Positions 33,295-42,220 of a stretch of DNA of 45,738 nt are shown here, in pieces. The notes beneath the pieces are model-generated. The model had not been told where the DNA came from, searched no databases, and saw only the letters and a list, made by a program, of their open reading frames with translations. A program made the translations under genes and the position numbers. Source of the DNA: a virus (taxonomy: Duplodnaviria > Caudoviricetes); IMG/VR virus record IMGVR_UViG_3300042901_001456, positions 1-45,738 of that record, one strand, 5' to 3'. Each line of letters begins with the position of its first letter. The stretch's first letter is position 1.

Positions 33295-33303
33295 ATATTT
33301 ATA
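33295..33303 (+). promoter_or_regulatory. ATATTTATA putative late promoter element
   Basis: Intergenic; heads the structural module. Confidence 0.55.
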
Positions 33304-33313
33304 TTAAATAGGA

Positions 33314-33679
33314 ATGATGGATTTTAATCAAGTTATATTTAAGGACAAAACCTTTTCAAGCTTACTAGAAGACATATATAAAAATGCGTCTCGTAAGGAA
33401 AAGGAAATTAAATCATTAATCGACCAGCTCAAACCAATGATTCAAGAGCCAGGTGATGCAATGATGCTTGTACCATTACTTAAAGAGTATATGGAGATAG
33501 CTGTTAAAAATGACGAGGCCCTAATCAAAATGGCTGGTATTGTTCAACGCGCTATGTCAACTGGTCCTGGTGATGGTGGTGATGGTGGTATATTAAGTGA
33601 GCGAGATAAAGAATTATTATTCCAAGAAATTAGTGGTATTAAAATTGAAGAGCCAAAGCAATTAGGAAATGGGAGCTGA
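33314..33679 (+). CDS. Conserved hypothetical helical protein
   Basis: 121-aa ORF after an ATATTTATA motif. Confidence 0.65.
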   Translation: MMDFNQVIFKDKTFSSLLEDIYKNASRKEKEIKSLIDQLKPMIQEPGDAMMLVPLLKEYMEIAVKNDEALIKMAGIVQRAMSTGPGDGGDGGILSERDKELLFQEISGIKIEEPKQLGNGS

Positions 33680-34460
33680 AAATGTCATAAAAACAGGTAA
33701 TATAACAGCCGCCAATAACCAAACAACTGGTGTTGGAAATAATAATTTTAACCCTGCTTTATCTCAAAATATTCAGTATGGACGAGTTACTGCTGTAAAT
33801 CCAGATCGTTCTATACAATATGAAATAATTCAAAATAGTTTACAAGTATCTAACTTAGTTAATAAAACTGTTGTTACAGGTAAAGCTTTAAATTTTAATC
33901 CTAACTTTACTCGTTTACCTGAAGTAGGTGAAATAGTTCCATTAATTAAAGGACCAAGTAAAACAGTTGGATCTCCTTCTAATCAATATGATCAATCAAC
34001 ATATTATATTTTAGGACCTATCTCAGTTCAGATGACTGTTGACGATAATAAGGTACCTCAAAATGTTCCTCAACCTAGAGAAAATTCAGTTAAAAATTAT
34101 AAACTGAATGAAATAGGAGTTAATGCATCACCTACTCTAACCCCTTCATCTCCAACTCCTACCCCAACACCAACTCCAACACCAACTCCTACTGAAACAC
34201 CTACTCCAACTCCTACTCCAACACCTACATTAGATCCTAGAGGAACATTTAAAGAAAATTACACTAATAGAGCCGGACAAGAATTTGAACTCTATTGGAG
34301 ACGAAGTGGGTTTGCTATAGTAATGTCCACTTATAAAAAAGGTACTAATAATACTGTTTTCACAAATAGATTAAATGCTGATTCTTCAAATCAGCAACAA
34401 ATAATAGACACATTAGCTAATGAGGCTAAATTACAATTACAAGATAATGTTTATCCATAA
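33669..34460 (+). CDS. Baseplate spike-related protein (gp5/VgrG OB-fold-like N-terminal part) with Pro-Thr linker
   Basis: YGRVTAV...RLPEVGEIVPLI...YY (OB-fold-like); (PT)n tract. Confidence 0.55.
   Translation: MGAENVIKTGNITAANNQTTGVGNNNFNPALSQNIQYGRVTAVNPDRSIQYEIIQNSLQVSNLVNKTVVTGKALNFNPNFTRLPEVGEIVPLIKGPSKTVGSPSNQYDQSTYYILGPISVQMTVDDNKVPQNVPQPRENSVKNYKLNEIGVNASPTLTPSSPTPTPTPTPTPTPTETPTPTPTPTPTLDPRGTFKENYTNRAGQEFELYWRRSGFAIVMSTYKKGTNNTVFTNRLNADSSNQQQIIDTLANEAKLQLQDNVYP
34152..34229 (+). repeat. Coding (Pro-Thr)n hexamer repeat
   Basis: CCN-ACN repeats encoding PTPTPTPTPTPTPTETPTPTPTPTPT. Confidence 0.9.
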
Positions 34461-35674
34461 TGGCAAACGAAAGACAATTTTTTAGAGATATTAATCCTGG
34501 TGATGTTAGTATTGAAGGAAGAAAGTCTAATGGTGTAACAGCAGACATCAATGGTAACACTATTATTTATGCTGGTATTAAACAATCTGAACTTCAAAAA
34601 CTAAACCAAGAAAAATACCTTGGAAATGTACCTATTGATGGATATACAAGTACATTTATAGCTGCTCTAGCACCAGGACAACTACCTCCTTATCCAGCAG
34701 GAAATAATAATAATGAGACATATTTTGAATCTAAAACAACAGATCCAAATAAAATAATTGTTGCTAATCAACAAATAACCCCAACACCAACTCCTCAACC
34801 TACAATAACTATTACTCCAACCCCAACCTCATTACCAACAACTGAAACTACAACTTCTAAACCCGCTCCTAATGTTGAGGGAGAATTTGTATTCTTAGAT
34901 GAAACAGGATTTGCTATTGAACCAGTTCAATTAACTGAGTATATACTCTTTGATATTGTTTCACCAACTGTTTCTATACCTGCTGGTTTAACTACTGAAC
35001 CTCCATCTGTGAGATATAATGGACCTAAAGATGTAACAGTTAGTAAAGGAGGTAAATTAGTTTTAAACACTGGTGTTTTAGTAGGAGTAGATGGAGATAA
35101 AAATCAAGAAATACATTTACCAAATCCAGTTCCCGGAGCTAAACCTGGTACTGAATTACCAGATGGATATAGAGGAATAGTACCTGTTAAACAAGAAACT
35201 TTTGTAAAAGACTTAATATCATATACTGATTTAATAGCAGCCTTTAAACGTGTTGGGTTGACAGAACAACAAGCTAGAAACTGTTTCTCTTTAACAGCAT
35301 TAGAAGCCTCTAGAAGATTTTCTTCAGATGGATATTTTGGAGGATATGACTGGAACATATTTGGATTACAAGCAGAAGGAAAATGGAGACAAACAGTTAG
35401 TCAATATATTGATTTTAGATATATAGCTAAGGACACCTATGGTTTAAGAATATTTGCTGGTTTTACTAGTATAGATAGAGCTGTTGCTTCTAAAGCTCAA
35501 GCTATGAATTTTAAAGGACTATTAGATGCAACAGACGCTGACGCATGGGCTGAACTTTATAGATGCACTTGGGTAGCTTCAGGATGTAAGGATCCTGCTT
35601 CTTTATCAGCAGCTAAAAATGTTTACGCTAGTTGGGGTGTGACAAGATTTAATAAATATAACAAAAGTTATTAA
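34460..35674 (+). CDS. Spike-related protein with C-terminal lysozyme-fold (GH73 glucosaminidase-like) domain
   Basis: PGDVSIEGR N-terminus, PT linker, ALEAS...WNIFGLQA...FAGFTSID. Confidence 0.55.
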   Translation: MANERQFFRDINPGDVSIEGRKSNGVTADINGNTIIYAGIKQSELQKLNQEKYLGNVPIDGYTSTFIAALAPGQLPPYPAGNNNNETYFESKTTDPNKIIVANQQITPTPTPQPTITITPTPTSLPTTETTTSKPAPNVEGEFVFLDETGFAIEPVQLTEYILFDIVSPTVSIPAGLTTEPPSVRYNGPKDVTVSKGGKLVLNTGVLVGVDGDKNQEIHLPNPVPGAKPGTELPDGYRGIVPVKQETFVKDLISYTDLIAAFKRVGLTEQQARNCFSLTALEASRRFSSDGYFGGYDWNIFGLQAEGKWRQTVSQYIDFRYIAKDTYGLRIFAGFTSIDRAVASKAQAMNFKGLLDATDADAWAELYRCTWVASGCKDPASLSAAKNVYASWGVTRFNKYNKSY

Positions 35675-35676
35675 TA

Positions 35677-36117
35677 ATGGCTGATCAAAATTATAATGGG
35701 GAACAAATAGTATTATCATCTGATCGTTTAGTATTTAACTCTACTAATGATGATATATTATTTAAATCAAAAGGTATAACTCACTTTTCAGCTGGTAACT
35801 CAGTTAGACTAGATGTTGGACCTCAAGGAACAACAGATCCTAGAAATTTCTTCTTAATCAATTCTCCTAATATTCAGCTTGGATATAGTACTAAAGGAAG
35901 AACAGTTGAACCAGTAGTTAAAGGTGATGCTTTAGAAACAACAGTAAATGATCAAAATGATGCTTTATCTAATTATAGTAAAATGATGGAGGCGGCTGTT
36001 AATTTTCCTCCATTAGCTGTTATAGCATCTGCTTATTTAAAAATAAAGATGCAAAATACTAAAAATTCTTTAGCTGAACCAGGTAATGTTAAATCAGATA
36101 CCGTATCATTAATATAA
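35677..36117 (+). CDS. Baseplate spike C-terminal beta-strand repeat protein
   Basis: YNGEQIVLSSDRLVFNS..DDIL, IQLG, EPVVKGD. Confidence 0.55.
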   Translation: MADQNYNGEQIVLSSDRLVFNSTNDDILFKSKGITHFSAGNSVRLDVGPQGTTDPRNFFLINSPNIQLGYSTKGRTVEPVVKGDALETTVNDQNDALSNYSKMMEAAVNFPPLAVIASAYLKIKMQNTKNSLAEPGNVKSDTVSLI

Positions 36118-37349
36118 TGGGAACAATAGGAACCACACCATCACAGTATAATCAACCAGGTAATTTAAATAATGTACCTGTGAATATTACTGCTAACTTA
36201 GATGCTAGTAAAATAAAACAACTATCTCCTGCTCAAATAGATGCTATTAAAAATCTACCAGGTGAAAAGATAGCATCTTTGAATAATATACCTATTAACA
36301 CTTATAAAAATTATACTCCTCAACAATTACAAAATTTTACATCTAATCTACCTAACGCTAACAACTATAAAAAACCAGATGATAAGACAGCTGAGGCTAT
36401 TAAAAAAAGATCTGAAAAACAAAAACAAAAAGCAGGTGAGTTTGAAAAATCACTTGATGATAAAAAAGGATTTTTAAAAGATCAAGTTGGACAAACCGCC
36501 AAAAGCGCTCAAGGTGTTATAACAGGTTTACTCACCCCTGTATTAATGTCGTTTGTTAGAGCTGAAAATATAGCAGATTTATTAATTAAAAAATTAACTA
36601 AAGACACTAAGAAACAACTTCAAAATAAAGGTACATTAACTATTGAAAATGGTGTATTCACATTTGTACCTAATGATTCAAGTAACTATACTATTTTTAA
36701 AAATAATTTTGATAGACGTGTTTCTAATTTAAAGAGAACTGTATCTACTCTTCAAAATATAGTTAATATTTTAAATAATGTTATTAAAGGATTAAATATA
36801 GCTTTATCTGTTATTAAAATATATATTAAAATTAAACAAAAGTTATTATTAACTAAATTAGCTAGAATATCAGCTGAATTAGCAGCTCCATCACCAGGAG
36901 GTGCTAAACCAACAGCGGGTGTTACTTTATTCCAAATTATAAGACAATTACAACAATTAGAAAAAGATAATAAAAAAGTTGATACATATCAAGCCGCTAT
37001 AACTGCTGCTCAATTATTTTTAACTATCTTTAAAGAAATGTTATCTAAAATTCAAATTAGAATTAATCAGTTACAGTTTAATATAGTTAATGACTCTAAT
37101 CCAACATCATCAAATAATAGTGATCTACAAGCTTCGTTAGCAGGAACTGCCATATCAGTACCAGCTGATGAGAATTATGTAAATAATAATGGTAAAACAT
37201 ATATACTTAAATTAGTAACATTACCTAATAATCAACGTCAATATCAGGCATTAGATTCATTTAGTAAGTTAAAAATAACACAAACAGCACCAAGTCGTAT
37301 TAAGACTGATGCTCAATTACTTGAAGAAATTAAATCAATACTTGGATAA
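36117..37349 (+). CDS. Hypothetical structural-region protein (long amphipathic helices)
   Basis: 410-aa ORF in the baseplate module. Confidence 0.6.
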   Translation: MGTIGTTPSQYNQPGNLNNVPVNITANLDASKIKQLSPAQIDAIKNLPGEKIASLNNIPINTYKNYTPQQLQNFTSNLPNANNYKKPDDKTAEAIKKRSEKQKQKAGEFEKSLDDKKGFLKDQVGQTAKSAQGVITGLLTPVLMSFVRAENIADLLIKKLTKDTKKQLQNKGTLTIENGVFTFVPNDSSNYTIFKNNFDRRVSNLKRTVSTLQNIVNILNNVIKGLNIALSVIKIYIKIKQKLLLTKLARISAELAAPSPGGAKPTAGVTLFQIIRQLQQLEKDNKKVDTYQAAITAAQLFLTIFKEMLSKIQIRINQLQFNIVNDSNPTSSNNSDLQASLAGTAISVPADENYVNNNGKTYILKLVTLPNNQRQYQALDSFSKLKITQTAPSRIKTDAQLLEEIKSILG

Positions 37350-37353
37350 TAAA

Positions 37354-37362
37354 ATATTTATA
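37354..37362 (+). promoter_or_regulatory. ATATTTATA putative late promoter element
   Basis: Intergenic, before ATG 37366. Confidence 0.55.
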
Positions 37363-37365
37363 GAT

Positions 37366-37821
37366 ATGAAAGCTGATACATTTATTAAATTATTACGTAA
37401 GGTTATACGCGAAGAGGTACAAGCTGTTGTAAGGGAAGAGCTTGGAATATTGCTTGAGACTCCAGAGTCCAAGCCAGTGGTGGCAGAGACCAAACAAACC
37501 ACAGTGAAAAATTCCATGGTTGAATCAATAAAACCTGCCAAACCTACACAGCCCCTCAAACCTGTAAACTTTACTAATAACAATATATTAAATGAGATAT
37601 TGAATGAAACAGCTACAAGCAGCGATTGGCGCTCAGTAGCTAATATGAATTCAAATATGGCTCAAGGTTTTGGTGGTCCTGTTGATATACCTGTTGTAAA
37701 TAGTGTAGATCAAATGTTAGCCAGTTCTAGACCAGCTGGAGATATTAACTCAGTTAGAATAGATGCTGTACCTGATTTTTCAGGACTAATGAGTAAAATG
37801 AAACAAAACGGACAAATTTAA
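37366..37821 (+). CDS. Hypothetical protein
   Basis: MKADTFIKLLRKVIREEV; start moved to ATG 37366, after ATATTTATA. Confidence 0.65.
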   Translation: MKADTFIKLLRKVIREEVQAVVREELGILLETPESKPVVAETKQTTVKNSMVESIKPAKPTQPLKPVNFTNNNILNEILNETATSSDWRSVANMNSNMAQGFGGPVDIPVVNSVDQMLASSRPAGDINSVRIDAVPDFSGLMSKMKQNGQI

Positions 37822-38252
37822 TGGCTGTTAGACAAATATATAGACTTAATCCTCAAGACATAGGACAACCTAGAGGCATTGGTGTTAGTGTTTTATATAA
37901 CAATAGTACTAATGTTTTTAATTCAACTATAACAACTAAGGAACAAGTCAAGTCTAACTTAATTAATTATGTATTAACTAATAAGGGTGAGCGTTTATAT
38001 GATCCTAATTTTGGAGGAGACATTAGACGTGCTGTTTTTGAGGCTAATGATGATGCCGCTTTTGAATCTGTAATAGCTAGATTAGAAGATGAAATATTAG
38101 CTTATGTACCTAACATAATTTTACAGTCAATCAATTTACAGAAAAATCCTGACTATAATATGGTAACAATATCTATTAATTACCAATTAAATCAGGAAAA
38201 CCAAAATATAATACTAAATGTAGAAACAAACGGTTTAAATAATCTAGTTTAA
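37821..38252 (+). CDS. Baseplate wedge protein, gp25/GpW-like
   Basis: QVKSNLINYVLTNKGERLYDPNFG. Confidence 0.88.
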   Translation: MAVRQIYRLNPQDIGQPRGIGVSVLYNNSTNVFNSTITTKEQVKSNLINYVLTNKGERLYDPNFGGDIRRAVFEANDDAAFESVIARLEDEILAYVPNIILQSINLQKNPDYNMVTISINYQLNQENQNIILNVETNGLNNLV

Positions 38253-38254
38253 AA

Positions 38255-40126
38255 ATGGCAAACACTCCAGATATAAAATATTATAATAAAGATTTTACGT
38301 CGTTAAGACAAGACTTAATTAACTACGCTAGAACATATTTCCAGAACACATATATGGACTTCAGTCCATCTTCTCCTGGTAATATGTTTATTGAAATGGC
38401 AGCGTATGTAGGTGATGTTTTGTCCTTCTACACTGATAATCAATTACAAGAAACTTTACTTTTATATGCTCAGGAAAGAAGAAACATTATAGCTTTAGCT
38501 TACGCTTTAGGTTATAGACCTAAAGTAACTACTGCTTCAACGGTTGTTTTAGATGTTTATCAACAAATACCTTCAACTGGTGCTCCTAATTATAATCCTG
38601 ATTACCGTTATACTTTTAGAATTGAACAAGGTTCAACTGTTCAATCTAAATCAAACCCAACTATAACTTTTATAACTGAAGAATTAGTTGATTTTGGATT
38701 TTCATCTTCATTTGATCCAACTAATGTAACTATATACCAATATGATGGATTAGGCAATCCACAATTTTATTTACTTAGAAAACAAGTAAAAGCATATTCA
38801 GGTACTATTAAAACAACTGATTTTATATTTAGCAGCCCAGAACAGTTTCCAATTATAACTATAAATGATTCTAATATTATTCAAATATTAGGTGTTACAG
38901 ATAGTGATGGAAATCAATGGTATGAAGTACCTTACTTAGCTCAAGATACTGTATTTGATGAATCATTAAACACTCCAATAAACGAACCAAATTACGCTGA
39001 TGAAGATGATAATGCTCGTTTTATGTTGCGTTTAAAAAAGGTACCAAGACGTTTTGCTACTCGTTTTGAAGATGATAATAATTTATCTCTTGAATTTGGA
39101 AGTGGAGTAACTTCATCTCCAGATGAAATTATTTTACCTAATCCTGATAATGTTGGTTTAGGTATAATTGATGGTATTTCTAAGTTAAATCAAGCTTATG
39201 ACCCATCAAACTTCTTATATACAAATGAGTATGGTATTGCTCCTTCAAATACAACTTTAACAGTTCAATATGTTATTGGAGGAGGAATTGAAACTAATTT
39301 ACCATCTGATGATATTAATATTAATAGTACTATAAATACATTTATTGATTCTTATAATTTAGATGGTAACCTAGTTACATCTATGAGAAATTCAATTCGT
39401 TTTAATAACGCTAATCCATCTTCAGGTGGTGGACCAGGTGAAACAACAGAACAAATTCGTTTGCAAGCTTTAGCTAACTTTCCTACTCAAAATAGAAATG
39501 TAACTAAGGCTGACTATTTAGTTCGTACATTATCAATGCCTGCTAAGTTTGGTTATATAGCTAAAGCATATGTTGCTCAAGACTATATAACAACTAATGA
39601 TACTGACAGACAAAACTTTATAAATAATAATCCATTAGCTCTTTCAGTTTATATCTTATCAACTGATATTGATGATAAAATAACTAGAGCTACAAACGCT
39701 ATTAAGCAAAACTTAAAAACATATTTAGCTTATCATAAGATTGCTAGTGATGCTATTTTAATTAAAGATGCTTATTATGCTAATATTAAGGTAAACTTTG
39801 ATATAACTGTATCACCAGCTTATAACTCACAAGAAGTATTAACCAAAGCTATAACAGAACTACAAAACTATTTTGATATAGATAAATGGAGTATTAACCA
39901 ACCTATTATTTTATCTAACATTTATAACTTAATTGGTACTGTAAAAGGCGTACAATCAGTTGTTAATGTAAATATTGTAAACTTAGCTGGTGGTAATTAC
40001 TCTCCATACTCATATGATATAGCTGCTGCTACAAAACAAGGAGTTATTTATCCTTCAGTAGACCCAATGATTTTTGAAGTAAGATTCCCTAACACTGATA
40101 TTTACGGTAGAGTAGTAACTTATTAA
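38255..40126 (+). CDS. Baseplate wedge protein, T4 gp6 / baseplate J-like
   Basis: KDFTSLRQDL, DFSPSSPGNMFIEMAAYVGDVLSFY, LGYRP, FGSG, GGGPGET..QIR, RNVTKADY. Confidence 0.88.
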   Translation: MANTPDIKYYNKDFTSLRQDLINYARTYFQNTYMDFSPSSPGNMFIEMAAYVGDVLSFYTDNQLQETLLLYAQERRNIIALAYALGYRPKVTTASTVVLDVYQQIPSTGAPNYNPDYRYTFRIEQGSTVQSKSNPTITFITEELVDFGFSSSFDPTNVTIYQYDGLGNPQFYLLRKQVKAYSGTIKTTDFIFSSPEQFPIITINDSNIIQILGVTDSDGNQWYEVPYLAQDTVFDESLNTPINEPNYADEDDNARFMLRLKKVPRRFATRFEDDNNLSLEFGSGVTSSPDEIILPNPDNVGLGIIDGISKLNQAYDPSNFLYTNEYGIAPSNTTLTVQYVIGGGIETNLPSDDININSTINTFIDSYNLDGNLVTSMRNSIRFNNANPSSGGGPGETTEQIRLQALANFPTQNRNVTKADYLVRTLSMPAKFGYIAKAYVAQDYITTNDTDRQNFINNNPLALSVYILSTDIDDKITRATNAIKQNLKTYLAYHKIASDAILIKDAYYANIKVNFDITVSPAYNSQEVLTKAITELQNYFDIDKWSINQPIILSNIYNLIGTVKGVQSVVNVNIVNLAGGNYSPYSYDIAAATKQGVIYPSVDPMIFEVRFPNTDIYGRVVTY

Positions 40127-40137
40127 AAATTAAATAT

Positions 40138-40731
40138 ATGGACTTAAATAAACTAAAAGGACACATTCCAGACAGTGTAATCGCTCAAATTCCAGATGTA
40201 ATGACTAAGTTTAAAATTGATACAGCTGTTAAGTTGTCTCACTTTTTAGCTCAATGTGGTCATGAATCAGGTGGTTTTAAAGTAGTTAATGAAAATTTAA
40301 ATTACGGAGCTAAAGGTTTAAATACCATATTTAAAAAATACTTCCCAACAGAAGAAAAAGCTAAATTATACGAGCGTAAACCAGAGAAAATTGCTAACTT
40401 AGTTTATGGTGGTCGTATGGGTAATGGTGCTGAAGCTACAGGTGAAGGATATAAATTCCGTGGCCGTGGTTATATCCAATTAACTGGTAAAGATAACTAC
40501 ACAGCATTTGGTAAAGCTATTAATGAAGATATAGCTGCCAATCCTGATTTAGTTGCTACTAAATACCCATTATTATCAGCCGCTTGGTTCTTCTCTAAGA
40601 ACTGCTTAGGTAAATGTGTTGATGCTTCTGACGCATCTGTATTAGCTGTGACTAAATGTGTTAATGGTGGTACAATTGGTTTACCAGACCGTCAGAAACA
40701 CTTTAAGGAATATTATAACTTATTGAAGTAA
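40138..40731 (+). CDS. Glycoside hydrolase family 19 (chitinase-class) endolysin
   Basis: HFLAQCGHESGGF, ENLNY, FRGRGYIQLTGKDNY, SAAWF, VNGG..GL.DR. Confidence 0.93.
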   Translation: MDLNKLKGHIPDSVIAQIPDVMTKFKIDTAVKLSHFLAQCGHESGGFKVVNENLNYGAKGLNTIFKKYFPTEEKAKLYERKPEKIANLVYGGRMGNGAEATGEGYKFRGRGYIQLTGKDNYTAFGKAINEDIAANPDLVATKYPLLSAAWFFSKNCLGKCVDASDASVLAVTKCVNGGTIGLPDRQKHFKEYYNLLK

Positions 40732-40747
40732 TTTCTATAAATAGCCC

Positions 40748-40756
40748 ATATTTATA
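40748..40756 (+). promoter_or_regulatory. ATATTTATA putative late promoter element
   Basis: Intergenic, before ATG 40777. Confidence 0.55.
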
Positions 40757-40776
40757 CTAGAATAATACTAATATAA

Positions 40777-41871
40777 ATGGGTGTTTATAAAATATTTCCG
40801 TCTCAGGACACAACAATCTACACAGATTATAATACTCTAAACGCAGGGTTAGACGCTATTTTAGATTTATCTAAAAATGCGCCTAACCTTTATGTGTCTT
40901 CATCTACTAGCCGTGTATTAATTAAATTTGATAATGATGATATTTCTGATGCTATATCTAAATCAGGAATTAATTATACAGCATCTTTAAAATTATATAA
41001 TGCTCATGTAGACGGAATCCCAACTAATTTTAATATCAATATTAACCCATTATATCAGAGTTGGGACATGGGTACAGGACGTTTTAATAATATTCCTGAA
41101 AGTGATAATGGAGCTAGTTGGCAATATAGAAGTGCAAATCAAACAAATACTTGGACTGTGACTAGTCTACCAGCTGGAGTTTCATCTTCATTTTACGCGG
41201 GAAATTCAGGAGGTGCTGCCTGGTATAATGCTTATTCAGCATCACAAACATTTAATTATTTTTCAACTAAAGATATTAATGTTGATGTAACTTCAATTGT
41301 ATCTGCTTGGACAGCCAGTGTTATACCAAATAATGGATTTATTATTCGTAACACAGGTTCAATTGAATTTGATTATAATTATCAATATACATTTAATTTC
41401 TTCTCTAGAGATACTAACACAATTTATCCTCCATGTTTGGAGTTTAAATGGAATGATAGTACATTCAACTCAGGATCAACCCCATATGTAGGTAATAACA
41501 ATATCTTAGTATCACTAACAAATAATAAAAGTGTATTTTATGATAGTGAATATGCTAAGTTAAGAATATATGCTAAAGATAGATATCCAGCTAGAACATT
41601 TGTAACTAGTTCTCTTTACATATACAATAAATTATTACCTACTGAATCATATTACTCAATTATAGATTTAAATACAAATCTTAAAGTAATAGATTTTGAT
41701 ACATCAGCTACTCAATTAAGTAATGATGCTACAAGTAGCTTCTTTATGTTACATATGGCTGGTTTAGAACCTGATCGTTATTATAAAGTACAAATCAAAT
41801 CTATAATTGATGGTGGTACTTACATTTATGATAATGACTATTATTTTAAAGTAATGCAAACAGTTGAATAA
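40777..41871 (+). CDS. Virion structural protein (DNRLRE-like beta domain)
   Basis: DTTIY, SRVLIKF, ASLKLY, SWDMGTG, DVTSIV..W, NNGFII, FFSRDT..IYPP.L. Confidence 0.6.
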   Translation: MGVYKIFPSQDTTIYTDYNTLNAGLDAILDLSKNAPNLYVSSSTSRVLIKFDNDDISDAISKSGINYTASLKLYNAHVDGIPTNFNININPLYQSWDMGTGRFNNIPESDNGASWQYRSANQTNTWTVTSLPAGVSSSFYAGNSGGAAWYNAYSASQTFNYFSTKDINVDVTSIVSAWTASVIPNNGFIIRNTGSIEFDYNYQYTFNFFSRDTNTIYPPCLEFKWNDSTFNSGSTPYVGNNNILVSLTNNKSVFYDSEYAKLRIYAKDRYPARTFVTSSLYIYNKLLPTESYYSIIDLNTNLKVIDFDTSATQLSNDATSSFFMLHMAGLEPDRYYKVQIKSIIDGGTYIYDNDYYFKVMQTVE

Positions 41872-42218
41872 TGGCTGAAATAGTTAAAATAGAGAAAACT
41901 ATATATAGTAATGACATTAACAATGTTATTAATAACCAGTTTACTCAACTAGTACCTACATCAACTGAAACTGTAGCTACACCTGATTTAGATGTTAATG
42001 GTTTTTTTGAACAATATGATTTATTGTTTTTTGAAATTCCACCATCTGGATCAGATAATTCTCATCTAGGTTTAGCAACTAAAAGTTTAGAATATTTAGG
42101 TGTATCTCTAGATGATTTACAAGCTGAAATTGACTCATTAAGACAAGAAAATGTTGAGTTAAAAAATCAAATTTTACAAGTAACAGGTCTTAATCCTGGT
42201 GAAATAGAAGAAATATAA
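41871..42218 (+). CDS. Hypothetical structural-region protein
   Basis: FFEQYDLLFFEIP..G..NSH followed by a C-terminal coiled coil. Confidence 0.6.
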   Translation: MAEIVKIEKTIYSNDINNVINNQFTQLVPTSTETVATPDLDVNGFFEQYDLLFFEIPPSGSDNSHLGLATKSLEYLGVSLDDLQAEIDSLRQENVELKNQILQVTGLNPGEIEEI

Positions 42219-42220
42219 TT

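Noticed and set aside
37309-37365. N-terminal extension of ORF 37309..37821
   Set aside because: It overlaps the upstream gene and the ATATTTATA motif; ATG 37366 is preferred.
1998-37583. All minus-strand ORFs in the track (e.g. 1998-2279, 12597-12911, 21733-22170, 23183-23449, 35104-35358)
   Set aside because: Each is a shadow of a better-supported + strand gene, with no recognisable motifs or upstream signals.
41297-41491. Nested + strand ORF within 40777..41871
   Set aside because: An out-of-frame short ORF with no motif or initiation context.
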